This document shows positions 50,470 to 63,232 of a DNA stretch of 64,000 nt, one piece after another. Location: contig OZ059894.1 of NCBI GenBank assembly GCA_964057225.1, positions 7,440,001-7,504,000 on the forward strand, written 5' to 3'. The first letter of the stretch is position 1. The number at the start of each line of letters is the position of its first letter. Origin of the DNA: Auanema rhodensis (Eukaryota > Animalia > Nematoda). The notes beneath the pieces are model-generated. The model had not been told where the DNA came from, ran no database searches, and saw nothing but the letters and a program-made list of their open reading frames with translations. The translations under genes and the position numbers were made by a program.

Positions 50470-50541
50470 GGCCGAATGGTCTAGGGGTATGATTCTCGCT
50501 TTGGGTGCGAGAGGTCCCGGGTTCAAATCCCGGTTCGGCCC
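50470..50541 (+). tRNA. tRNA-Pro(TGG), first copy after the LTR element
   Basis: Canonical 72-nt copy starting ~60 bp after the 3' LTR. Confidence 0.95.
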
Positions 50542-52228
50542 AAAATTTTGCTTTCTTTTGTTTCAGAAACAGTTTTGATAAAGCTTTCAGTTTCGGAACT
50601 TCTCTCAAATCCTTTCATTGGATATATTCTGGTAAAAAGGTCTAGGCTTATGGTTACTTTTTTTGGATGCATAAGGGATAGACGGCGTTCTCTTGTGAGA
50701 TGTTATTCTGGGAGATAATGTGGCCGAATGGTCTAGGGGTATGATTCTCGCTTTGGGTGCGAGAGGTCCCGGGTTCAAATCCCGGTTCGGCCCAAAATTT
50801 TGCTTTCTTTTGTTTCAGAAACAGTTTTGATAAAGCTTTCAGTTTCGGAACTTCTCTCAAATCCTTTCATTGGATATATTCTGGTAAAAAGGTCTAGGCT
50901 TATGGTTACGTTGTTTGGATGCATCAGGAATAGACGGCGGATCTCTTGTGAGATCATATTCTAGGAGATAATGTGGCCGAATGGTCTAGGGGTATGATTC
51001 TCGCTTTGGGTGCGAGAGGTCCCGGGTTCAAATCCCGGTTCGGCCCAAACTTTTGCTTTCTTTTGTTTCAGAAACAGTTTTGATAAAGCTTTCAGTTTCG
51101 GAACATCTCTCAAATCCTTTCTTTGGATAATTTCCGGTAAAAAGGTCTAGGCTTATGGTTACTTTGTTTGGATGCATAAGGGATAGACGGCGTTCTCTTG
51201 TGAGATGTTATTCTGGGAGAAAATGTGGCCGAATGGTCTAGGGGTATGATTCTCGCTTTGGGTGCGAGAGGTCCCGGGTTCAAATCCCGGTTCGGCCCAA
51301 AATTTTGCTTTCTTTTGTTTCAGAAACAGTTTTGATAAAGCTTTCAGTTTCGGAACTTCTCTCAAATCCTTTCATTGGATATATTCTGGTAAAAAGGTCT
51401 AGGCTTATGGTTACGTTGTTTGGATGCATCAGGAATAGACGGCGGATCTCTTGTGAGATCATATTCTAGGAGATAATGTGGCCGAATGGTCTAGGGGTAT
51501 GATTCTCGCTTTGGGTGCGAGAGGTCCCGGGTTCAAATCCCGGTTCGGCCCAAAATTTTGCTTTCTTTTGTTTCAGAAACAGTTTTGATAAAGCTTTCAG
51601 TTTCGGAACTTCTCTCAAATCCTTTCATTGGATATATTCTGGTAAAAAGGTCTAGGCTTATGGTTACTTTGTTTGGATGCATAAGGGATAGACGGCGTTC
51701 TCTTGTGAGATGTTATTCTGGGAGATAATGTGGCCGAATGGTCTAGGGGTATGATTCTCGCTTTGGGTGCGAGAGGTCCCGGGTTCAAATCCCGGTTCGG
51801 CCCAAAATTTTGCTTTCTTTTGTTTCAGAAACAGTTTTGATAAAGCTTTCAGTTTCGGAACTTCTCTCAAATCCTTTCATTGGATAAATTCTGGTAAAAA
51901 GGTCTAGGCTTATGGTTACTTTGTTTGGATGCATCAGGAATAGACGGCGGATCTCTTGTGAGATGATATACTTTGAGATAATGTCGATTGGACATTGTTT
52001 CTTGGATATATTGTGATAAAAAGCTCCAAGCTTATGATTACCGTGTTTGGATGCATCAGGAATAGACGGCAGATCTCTTGTGAGATCATATTCTAGGAGA
52101 TAATGTCGATTGGACATTGTTTCTTGGATATATTGTGATAAAAAGGTCCAAGCTTACGATTACGTTGTTTGGATGCATAAGGGATAGACGGCGGATCTCT
52201 TGTGAGATGATATTCTAGGAGATAATGT

Positions 52229-52300
52229 TGTCGAATGGTCTAGGGGTATGATTCTCGCTTTGGGTGCGAGAGGTCCCGGGTTCAAATTCCGGTTCGGCTC
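52229..52300 (+). pseudogene. Degenerate tRNA-Pro copy
   Basis: TGTCGAA 5' end, C61T in the B box (AAATTCCGG) and TTCGGCTC 3' end. Confidence 0.7.
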
Positions 52301-54225
52301 AAAATTTTGCTTTCTTTTGTTTCAGAAACAGTTTTGATAAAGCTTTCAGTTTCGGAACTTCTCTCAAATCCTTTCATTGGATATATTCTGGTAAAAAAGT
52401 CTAGGCTTATGGTTACTTTGTTTGGATGCATAAGGAATAGACGGCGTTCTCTTGTGAGATGATATTCTAGGAGATAATGTGGCCGAATGGTCTAGGGGTA
52501 TGATTCTCGCTTTGGGTGCGAGAGGTCCCGGGTTCAAATCCCGGTTCGGCCCAAAATTTTGCTTTCTTTTGTTTCAGAAACAGTTTTGATAAAGCTTTCA
52601 GTTTCGGAACTTCTCTCAAATCCTTTCTTTGGATAATTTCCGGTAAAAAGGTATAGGCTTATGGTTACGTTGTTTGGATGCATCAGGAATAGACGGCGGA
52701 TCTCTTGTGAGATGATATTCTAGGAGATAATGTGGCCGAATGGTCTAGGGGTATGATTCTCGCTTTGGGTGCGAGAGGTCCCGGGTTCAAATCCCGGTTC
52801 GGCCCAAAATTTTGCTTTCTTTTGTTTCAGAAACAGTTTTGATAAAGCTTTCAGTTTCGGAACTTCTCTCAAATCCTTTCATTGGATAATTTCCGGTAAA
52901 AAGGTCTAGGCTTATGGTTACGTTGTTTGGATGCATCAGGAATAGACGGCAGATCTCTTGTGAGATCATATTCTAGGAGATAATGTCGATTGGACATTGT
53001 TTCTTTGGATAATTTCCGGTAAAAAGCTCCAAGCTTATGATTACCGTGTTTGGATGCATCAGGAATAGACGGCAGATCTCTTGTGAGATCATATTCCAGG
53101 AGATAATGTCGATTGGACATTGTTTCTTGGATATATTATGATAAAAAGGTCCAAGCTTATGATTACGTTGTTCGGATGCATCAGGAATCGACGGCGGATC
53201 TCTTGTGAGATGATATTCTGCGAGATAATGTGGCCGAATGGTCTAGGGGTATGATTCTCGCTTTGGGTGCGAGAGGTCCCGGGTTCAAATCCCGGTTCGG
53301 CCCAAACTTTTGCTTTCTTTTGTTTCAGAAACAGTTTTGATAAAGCTTTCAGTTTCGGAACTTCACTCAAATCCTTTCATTGGATATATTCTGGTAAAAA
53401 GCTCTAGGCTTATGGTTACTTTGTTTGGATGCATCAGGAATCGACGGCGGATCTCTTGTGAGATGATATTCTGGGAGATAATGTCGATTGGACATTGTTT
53501 CTTGGATATATTGTGATAAAAAGGTCCAAGCTTATGATTACCGTGTTTGGATGCATCAGGAATAGACGGCAGATCTCTTGTGAGATCATATTCTAGGAGA
53601 TTATGTCGATTGGACATTGTTTCTTGGATATATTGTGATAAAAAGGTCCAAGCTTATGATTACGTTGTTCGGATGCATCAGGAATCGACGGCGGATCTCT
53701 TGTGAGATGATATTCTGCGAGATAATGTGGCCGAATGGTCTAGGGGTATGATTCTCGCTTTGGGTGCGAGAGGTCCCGGGTTCAAATCCCGGTTCGGCCC
53801 AAACTTTTGCTTTCTTTTGTTTCAGAAACAGTTTTGATAAAGCTTTCAGTTTCGGAACATCTCTCAAATCCTTTCTTTGGATAATTTCCGGTAAAAAGGT
53901 ATAGGCTTATGGTTTCGTTGTTTGGATGCATCAGGAATAGACGGCGGATCTCTTGTGAGATGATATTCTAGGAGATAATGTCGATTGGACATTGTTTCTT
54001 GGATATATTGTGATAAAAAGCTCCAAGCTTATGATTACCGTGTTTGGATGCATCAGGAATAGACGGCAGATCTCTTGTGAGATCATATTCTAGGAGTTAA
54101 TGTCGATTGGACATTGTTTCTTGGATATATTGTGATAAAAAGCTCCAAGCTTATGATTACCGTGTTTGGATGCATCAGGAATAGACGGCGGATCTCTTGT
54201 GAGATGATATTCTAGGAGATAATGT

Positions 54226-54297
54226 TGCCGAATGGTCTAGGGGTATGATTCTCGCTTTGGGTGCGAGAGGTCCCGGGTTCAAATTCCGGTTCGGCCC
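54226..54297 (+). pseudogene. Variant tRNA-Pro, G1T plus C61T (also at 57340, 59459, 62703)
   Basis: TGCCGAA...GGTTCAAATTCCGG. Confidence 0.6.
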
Positions 54298-57200
54298 AAA
54301 ATTTTGCTTTCTTTTGTTTCAGAAACAGTTTTGATAAAGCTTTTAGTTTCGGAACTTCTCTGAAATCCTTTCATTGGATATATTCTGGTAAAAAGGTCTA
54401 GGCTTATGGTTACGTTGTTTGGATGCATCAGGAATAGACGGCGGATCTCTTGTGAGATCATATTCTAGGAGATAACGTGGCCGAATGGTCTAGGGGTATG
54501 ATTCTCGCTTTGGGTGCGAGAGGTCCCGGGTTCAAATCCCGGTTCGGCCCAAACTTTTACTTTCTTTTGTTTCAGAAACAGTTTTGATAAAGCTTTCAGT
54601 TTCGGAACTTCTCTCAAATCCTTTCATTGGATATATTCTGGTAAAAAGGTCTAGGCTTATGGTTACTTTGTTTGGATGCATCAGGAATAGACGGCAGATC
54701 TCTTGTGAGATCACATTCTAGGAGATGATGTCGATTGGACATTGTTTCTTGGATATATTGTGATAGAAAGCTCCAAGCTTATGATTACCGTTTTTGGATG
54801 CATCAGGAATAGACGGCAGATCTCTTGTGAGATCATATTCTAGGAGATAATGTCGATTGGACATTGTTTCTTGGATATATTGTGATAAAAAGGTCCAAGC
54901 TTATGATTACGTTGTTTGGATGCATAAGGGATAGACGGCAGATCTCTTGTGAGATCATATTCCAGGAGATAATGTGGCCGAATGGTCTAGGGGTATGATT
55001 CTCGCTTTGGGTGCGAGAGGTCCCGGGTTCAAATCCCGGTTCGGCCCAAAATTTTGCTTTCTTTTGTTTCACAAAAAGTTTTGATAAAGCTTTCAGTTTC
55101 GGAACTTCTCTCAAATCCTTTCATTGGATATATTCTGGTAAAAAGGTCTAGGCTTATGGTTGCGTTGTTTGGATGCATCAGGAATAGACGGCGGATCTCT
55201 TGTGAGATGATATTCTAGGAGATAATGTCGATTGGACATTGTTTCTTGGATATATTGTGATAAAAAACTCCAAGCTTATGATTACCGTGTTTGGATGCAT
55301 CAGGAATAGACGGCAGATCTCTTGTGAGATCATATTCTAGGAGATAATGTGGCCGAATGGTCTAGGGGTATGATTCTCGCTTTGGGTGCGAGAGGTCCCG
55401 GGTTCAAATCCCGGTTCGGCCCAAACTTTTGCTTTCTTTTGTTTCAGAAACAGTTTTGATAAAGCTTTCAGTTTCGGAACTTCACTCAAATCCTTTCATT
55501 GGATATATTCTGGTAAAAAGCTCTAGGCTTATGGTTACTTTGTTTGGATGCATCAGGAATCGACGGCGGATCTCTTGTGAGATGATATTCTGGGAGATAA
55601 TGTCGATTGGACATTGTTTCTTGGATATATTGTGATAAAAAGGTCCAAGCTTATGATTACCGTGTTTGGATGCATCAGGAATAGACGGCAGATCTCTTGT
55701 GAGATCATATTCTAGGAGATTATGTCGATTGGACATTGTTTCTTGGATATATTGTGATAAAAAACTCCAAGCTTATGATTACCGTGTTTGGATGCATCAG
55801 GAATAGACGGCAGATCTCTTGTGAGATCATATTCTAGGAGATAATGTGGCCGAATGGTCTAGGGGTATGATTCTCGCTTTGGGTGCGAGAGGTCCCGGGT
55901 TCAAATCCCGGTTCGGCCCAAACTTTTGCTTTCTTTTGTTTCAGAAACAGTTTTGATAAAGCTTTCAGTTTCGGAACATCTCTCAAATCCTTTCATTGGA
56001 TAATTTCCGGTAAAAAGGTCTAGGCTTATGGTTACGTTGTTTGGATGCATCAGGAATAGACGGCAGATCTCTTGTGAGATCATATTCTAGGAGATAATGT
56101 CGATTGGACATTGTTTCTTTGGATAATTTCCGGTAAAAAGCTCCAAGCTTATGATTACCGTGTTTGGATGCATCAGGAATAGACGGCAGATCTCTTGTGA
56201 GATCATATTCCAGGAGATAATGTCGATTGGACATTGTTTCTTGGATATATTATGATAAAAAGGTCCAAGCTTATGATTACGTTGTTCGGATGCATCAGGA
56301 ATCGACGGCGGATCTCTTGTGAGATGATATTCTGCGAGATAATGTGGCCGAATGGTCTAGGGGTATGATTCTCGCTTTGGGTGCGAGAGGTCCCGGGTTC
56401 AAATCCCGGTTCGGCCCAAACTTTTGCTTTCTTTTGTTTCAGAAACAGTTTTGATAAAGCTTTCAGTTTCGGAACTTCACTCAAATCCTTTCATTGGATA
56501 TATTCTGGTAAAAAGCTCTAGGCTTATGGTTACTTTGTTTGGATGCATCAGGAATCGACGGCGGATCTCTTGTGAGATGATATTCTGGGAGATAATGTCG
56601 ATTGGACATTGTTTCTTGGATATATTGTGATAAAAAGGTCCAAGCTTATGATTACCGTGTTTGGATGCATCAGGAATAGACGGCAGATCTCTTGTGAGAT
56701 CATATTCTAGGAGATTATGTCGATTGGACATTGTTTCTTGGATATATTGTGATAAAAAGGTCCAAGCTTATGATTACGTTGTTCGGATGCATCAGGAATC
56801 GACGGCGGATCTCTTGTGAGATGATATTCTGCGAGATAATGTGGCCGAATGGTCTAGGGGTATGATTCTCGCTTTGGGTGCGAGAGGTCCCGGGTTCAAA
56901 TCCCGGTTCGGCCCAAACTTTTGCTTTCTTTTGTTTCAGAAACAGTTTTGATAAAGCTTTCAGTTTCGGAACATCTCTCAAATCCTTTCTTTGGATAATT
57001 TCCGGTAAAAAGGTATAGGCTTATGGTTTCGTTGTTTGGATGCATCAGGAATAGACGGCGGATCTCTTGTGAGATGATATTCTAGGAGATAATGTCGATT
57101 GGACATTGTTTCTTGGATATATTGTGATAAAAAGCTCCAAGCTTATGATTACCGTGTTTGGATGCATCAGGAATAGACGGCAGATCTCTTGTGAGATCAT

Positions 57201-60200
57201 ATTCTAGGAGTTAATGTCGATTGGACATTGTTTCTTGGATATATTGTGATAAAAAGCTCCAAGCTTATGATTACCGTGTTTGGATGCATCAGGAATAGAC
57301 GGCGGATCTCTTGTGAGATGATATTCTAGGAGATAATGTTGCCGAATGGTCTAGGGGTATGATTCTCGCTTTGGGTGCGAGAGGTCCCGGGTTCAAATTC
57401 CGGTTCGGCCCAAAATTTTGCTTTCTTTTGTTTCAGAAACAGTTTTGATAAAGCTTTTAGTTTCGGAACTTCTCTGAAATCCTTTCATTGGATATATTCT
57501 GGTAAAAAGGTCTAGGCTTATGGTTACGTTGTTTGGATGCATCAGGAATAGACGGCGGATCTCTTGTGAGATCATATTCTAGGAGATAACGTGGCCGAAT
57601 GGTCTAGGGGTATGATTCTCGCTTTGGGTGCGAGAGGTCCCGGGTTCAAATCCCGGTTCGGCCCAAACTTTTACTTTCTTTTGTTTCAGAAACAGTTTTG
57701 ATAAAGCTTTCAGTTTCGGAACTTCTCTCAAATCCTTTCATTGGATATATTCTGGTAAAAAGGTCTAGGCTTATGGTTACTTTGTTTGGATGCATCAGGA
57801 ATAGACAGCAGATCTCTTGTGAGATCACATTCTAGGAGATGATGTCGATTGGACATTGTTTCTTGGATATATTGTGATAGAAAGCTCCAAGCTTATGATT
57901 ACCGTTTTTGGATGCATCAGGAATAGACGGCAGATCTCTTGTGAGATCATATTCTAGGAGATAATGTCGATTGGACATTGTTTCTTGGATATATTGTGAT
58001 AAAAAGGTCCAAGCTTATGATTACGTTGTTTGGATGCATAAGGGATAGACGGCAGATCTCTTGTGAGATCATATTCCAGGAGATAATGTGGCCGAATGGT
58101 CTAGGGGTATGATTCTCGCTTTGGGTGCGAGAGGTCCCGGGTTCAAATCCCGGTTCGGCCCAAAATTTTGCTTTCTTTTGTTTCACAAAAAGTTTTGATA
58201 AAGCTTTCAGTTTCGGAACTTCTCTCAAATCCTTTCATTGGATATATTCTGGTAAAAAGGTCTAGGCTTATGGTTGCGTTGTTTGGATGCATCAGGAATA
58301 GACGGCGGATCTCTTGTGAGATGATATTCTAGGAGATAATGTCGATTGGACATTGTTTCTTGGATATATTGTGATAAAAAACTCCAAGCTTATGATTACC
58401 GTGTTTGGATGCATCAGGAATAGACGACAGATCTCTTGTGAGATCATATTCTAGGAGATAATGTGGCCGAATGGTCTAGGGGTATGATTCTCGCTTTGGG
58501 TGCGAGAGGTCCCGGGTTCAAATCCCGGTTCGGCCCAAACTTTTGCTTTCTTTTGTTTCAGAAACAGTTTTGATAAAGCTTTCAGTTTCGGAACTTCACT
58601 CAAATCCTTTCATTGGATATATTCTGGTAAAAAGCTCTAGGCTTATGGTTACTTTGTTTGGATGCATCAGGAATCGACGGCGGATCTCTTGTGAGATGAT
58701 ATTCTGGGAGATAATGTCGATTGGACATTGTTTCTTGGATATATTGTGATAAAAAGGTCCAAGCTTATGATTACCGTGTTTGGATGCATCAGGAATAGAC
58801 GGCAGATCTCTTGTGAGATCATATTCTAGGAGATTATGTCGATTGGACATTGTTTCTTGGATATATTGTGATAAAAAACTCCAAGCTTATGATTACCGTG
58901 TTTGGATGCATCAGGAATAGACGGCAGATCTCTTGTGAGATCATATTCTAGGAGATAATGTGGCCGAATGGTCTAGGGGTATGATTCTCGCTTTGGGTGC
59001 GAGAGGTCCCGGGTTCAAATCCCGGTTCGGCCCAAACTTTTGCTTTCTTTTGTTTCAGAAACAGTTTTGATAAAGCTTTCAGTTTCGGAACATCTCTCAA
59101 ATCCTTTCTTTGGATAATTTCCGGTAAAAAGGTATAGGCTTATGGTTTCGTTGTTTGGATGCATCAGGAATAGACGGCGGATCTCTTGTGAGATGATATT
59201 CTAGGAGATAATGTCGATTGGACATTGTTTCTTGGATATATTGTGATAAAAAGCTCCAAGCTTATGATTACCGTGTTTGGATGCATCAGGAATAGACGGC
59301 AGATCTCTTGTGAGATCATATTCTAGGAGTCAATGTCGATTGGACATTGTTTCTTGGATATATTGTGATAAAAAGCTCCAAGCTTATGATTACCGTGTTT
59401 GGATGCATCAGGAATAGACGGCGGATCTCTTGTGAGATGATATTCTAGGAGATAATGTTGCCGAATGGTCTAGGGGTATGATTCTCGCTTTGGGTGCGAG
59501 AGGTCCCGGGTTCAAATTCCGGTTCGGCCCAAAATTTTGCTTTCTTTTGTTTCAGAAACAGTTTTGATAAAGCTTTTAGTTTCGGAACTTCTCTGAAATC
59601 CTTTCATTGGATATATTCTGGTAAAAAGGTCTAGGCTTATGGTTACGTTGTTTGGATGCATCAGGAATAGACGGCGGATCTCTTGTGAGATCATATTCTA
59701 GGAGATAACGTGGCCGAATGGTCTAGGGGTATGATTCTCGCTTTGGGTGCGAGAGGTCCCGGGTTCAAATCCCGGTTCGGCCCAAACTTTTACTTTCTTT
59801 TGTTTCAGAAACAGTTTTGATAAAGCTTTCAGTTTCGGAACGTCTCTCAAATCCTTTCATTGGATATATTCTGGTAAAAAGGTCTAGGCTTATGGTTACT
59901 TTGTTTGGATGCATCAGGAATAGACGGCAGATCTCTTGTGAGATCACATTCTAGGAGATGATGTCGATTGGACATTGTTTCTTGGATATATTGTGATAGA
60001 AAGCTCCAAGCTTATGATTACCGTTTTTGGATGCATCAGGAATAGACGGCAGATCTCTTGTGAGATCATATTCTAGGAGATAATGTCGATTGGACATTGT
60101 TTCTTGGATATATTGTGATAAAAAGGTCCAAGCTTATGATTACGTTGTTTGGATGCATAAGGGATAGACGGCAGATCTCTTGTGAGATCATATTCCAGGA

Positions 60201-62955
60201 GATAATGTGGCCGAATGGTCTAGGGGTATGATTCTCGCTTTGGGTGCGAGAGGTCCCGGGTTCAAATCCCGGTTCGGCCCAAAATTTTGCTTTCTTTTGT
60301 TTCACAAAAAGTTTTGATAAAGCTTTCAGTTTCGGAACTTCTCTCAAATCCTTTCATTGGATATATTCTGGTAAAAAGGTCTAGGCTTATGGTTGCGTTG
60401 TTTGGATGCATCAGGAATAGACGGCGGATCTCTTGTGAGATGATATTCTAGGAGATAATGTCGATTGGGCATTGTTTCTTGGATATATTGTGATAAAAAA
60501 CTCCAAGCTTATGATTACCGTGTTTGGATGCATCAGGAATAGACGGCAGATCTCTTGTGAGATCATATTCTAGGAGATAATGTGGCCGAATGGTCTAGGG
60601 GTATGATTCTCGCTTTGGGTGCGAGAGGTCCCGGGTTCAAATCCCGGTTCGGCCCAAACTTTTGCTTTCTTTTGTTTCAGAAACAGTTTTGATAAAGCTT
60701 TCAGTTTCGGAACTTCACTCAAATCCTTTCATTGGATATATTCTGGTAAAAAGCTCTAGGCTTATGGTTACTTTGTTTGGATGCATCAGGAATCGACGGC
60801 GGATCTCTTGTGAGATGATATTCTGGGAGATAATGTCGATTGGACATTGTTTCTTGGATATATTGTGATAAAAAGGTCCAAGCTTATGATTACCGTGTTT
60901 GGATGCATCAGGAATAGACTTCAGATCTCTTGTGAGATCATATTCTAGGAGATTATGTCGATTGGACATTGTTTCTTGGATATATTGTGATAAAAAACTC
61001 CAAGCTTATGATTACCGTGTTTGGATGCATCAGGAATAGACGGCAGATCTCTTGTGAGATCATATTCTAGGAGATAATGTGGCCGAATGGTCTAGGGGTA
61101 TGATTCTCGCTTTGGGTGCGAGAGGTCCCGGGTTCAAATCCCGGTTCGGCCCAAACTTTTGCTTTCTTTTGTTTCAGAAACAGTTTTGATAAAGCTTTCA
61201 GTTTCGGAACTTCACTCAAATCCTTTCATTGGATATATTCTGGTAAAAAGCTCTAGGCTTTTGGTTACTTTGTTTGGATGCATCAGGAATCGACGGCGGA
61301 TCTCTTGTGAGATGATATTCTGGGAGATAATGTCGATTGGACATTGTTTCTTGGATATATTGTGATAAAAAACTCCAAGCTTATGATTACCGTGTTTGGA
61401 TGCATCAGGAATAGACGGCAGATCTCTTGTGAGATCATATTCTAGGAGATAATGTGGCCGAATGGTCTAGGGGTATGATTCTCGCTTTGGGTGCGAGAGG
61501 TCCCGGGTTCAAATCCCGGTTCGGCCCAAACTTTTGCTTTCTTTTGTTTCAGAAACAGTTTTGATAAAGCTTTCAGTTTCGGAACTTCTCTCAAATCCTT
61601 TCATTGGATATATTCTGGTAAAAAGGTCTAGGCTTATGATTACGTTGTTCGGATGCATCAGGAATCGACGGCGGATCTCTTGTGAGATGATATTCTGCGA
61701 GATAATGTGGCCGAATGGTCTAGGGGTATGATTCTCGCTTTGGGTGCGAGAGGTCCCGGGTTCAAATCCCGGTTCGGCCCAAACTTTTGCTTTCTTTTGT
61801 TTCAGAAACAGTTTTGATAAAGCTTTCAGTTTCGGAACATCTCTCAAATCCTTTCTTTGGATAATTTCCGGTAAAAAGGTATAGGCTTATGGTTTCGTTG
61901 TTTGGATGCATCAGGAATAGACGGCGGATCTCTTGTGAGATGATATTCTAGGAGATAATGTCGATTGGACATTGTTTCTTGGATATATTGTGATAAAAAG
62001 CTCCAAGCTTATGATTACCGTGTTTGGATGCATCAGGAATAGACGGCAGATCTCTTGTGAGATCATATTCTAGGAGATAATGTCGATTGGACATTGTTTC
62101 TTGGATATATTGTGATAAAAAGGTCCAAGCTTATGAATACGTTGTTCGGATGCATCAGGAATCGACGGCGGATCTCTTGTGAGATGATATTCTGGGAGAT
62201 AATGTGGCCGAATGGTCTAGGGGTATGATTCTCGCTTTGGGTGCGAGAGGTCCCGGGTTCAAATTCCGGTTCGGCCCAAACTTTTGCTTTCTTTTGTTTC
62301 AGAAACAGTTTTGATAAAGCTTTCAGTTTCGGAACATCTCTCAAATCCTTTCTTTGGATAATTTCCGGTAAAAAGGTCTAGGCTTATGGTTACGTTGTTT
62401 GGATGCATCAGGAATAGACGGCGGATCTCTTGTGAGATGATATTCTAGGAGATAATGTCGATTGGACATTGTTTCTTGGATATATTGTGATAAAAAGCTC
62501 CAAGCTTATGATTACCGTGTTTGGATGCATCAGGAATAGACGGCAGATCTCTTGTGAGATCATATTCTAGGAGTTAATGTCGATTGGACATTGTTTCTTG
62601 GATATATTGTGATAAAAAGCTCCAAGCTTATGATTACCGTGTTTGGATGCATCAGGAATAGACGGCGGATCTCTTGTGAGATGATATTCTAGGAGATAAT
62701 GTTGCCGAATGGTCTAGGGGTATGATTCTCGCTTTGGGTGCGAGAGGTCCCGGGTTCAAATTCCGGTTCGGCCCAAAATTTTGCTTTCTTTTGTTTCAGA
62801 AACAGTTTTGATAAAGCTTTTAGTTTCGGAACTTCTCTGAAATCCTTTCATTGGATATATTCTGGTTAAAAGGTCTAGGCTTATGGTTACTTTGTGTGGA
62901 TGCATAAGGGATAGACGGCGGATCTCTTGTGAGATCATATTCTAGGAGATAACGT

Positions 62956-63027
62956 GGCCGAATGGTCTAGGGGTATGATTCTCGCTTTGGGTGCGAGAGG
63001 TCCCGGGTTCAAATCCCGGTTCGGCCC
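62956..63027 (+). tRNA. tRNA-Pro(TGG), last copy in the window
   Basis: Canonical 72-nt copy. Confidence 0.95.
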
Positions 63028-63232
63028 AAACTTTTACTTTCTTTTGTTTCAGAAACAGTTTTGATAAAGCTTTCAGTTTCGGAACTTCTCTCAAATCCTT
63101 TCATTGGATATATTCTGGTAAAAAGGTCTAGGCTTATGGTTACTTTGTTTGGATGCATCAGGAATAGACGGCAGATCTCTTGTGAGATCACATTCTAGGA
63201 GATGATGTCGATTGGACATTGTTTCTTGGATA

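Larger units (their letters stand above)
50410..63232 (+). repeat. Tandem tRNA-Pro(TGG) gene array, right part (~33 copies)
   Basis: The same units resume in register after the TSD; tRNAs at 50470, 50722 ... 62956. Confidence 0.97.

Noticed and set aside
137-63191. Hundreds of 60-130 aa ORFs in the array (MREVPKLK..., MISQEIRR..., MLSFVSET...)
   Set aside because: They are translations of the tRNA antisense strand and spacer, often from non-ATG starts, and their frames break with every unit variant.
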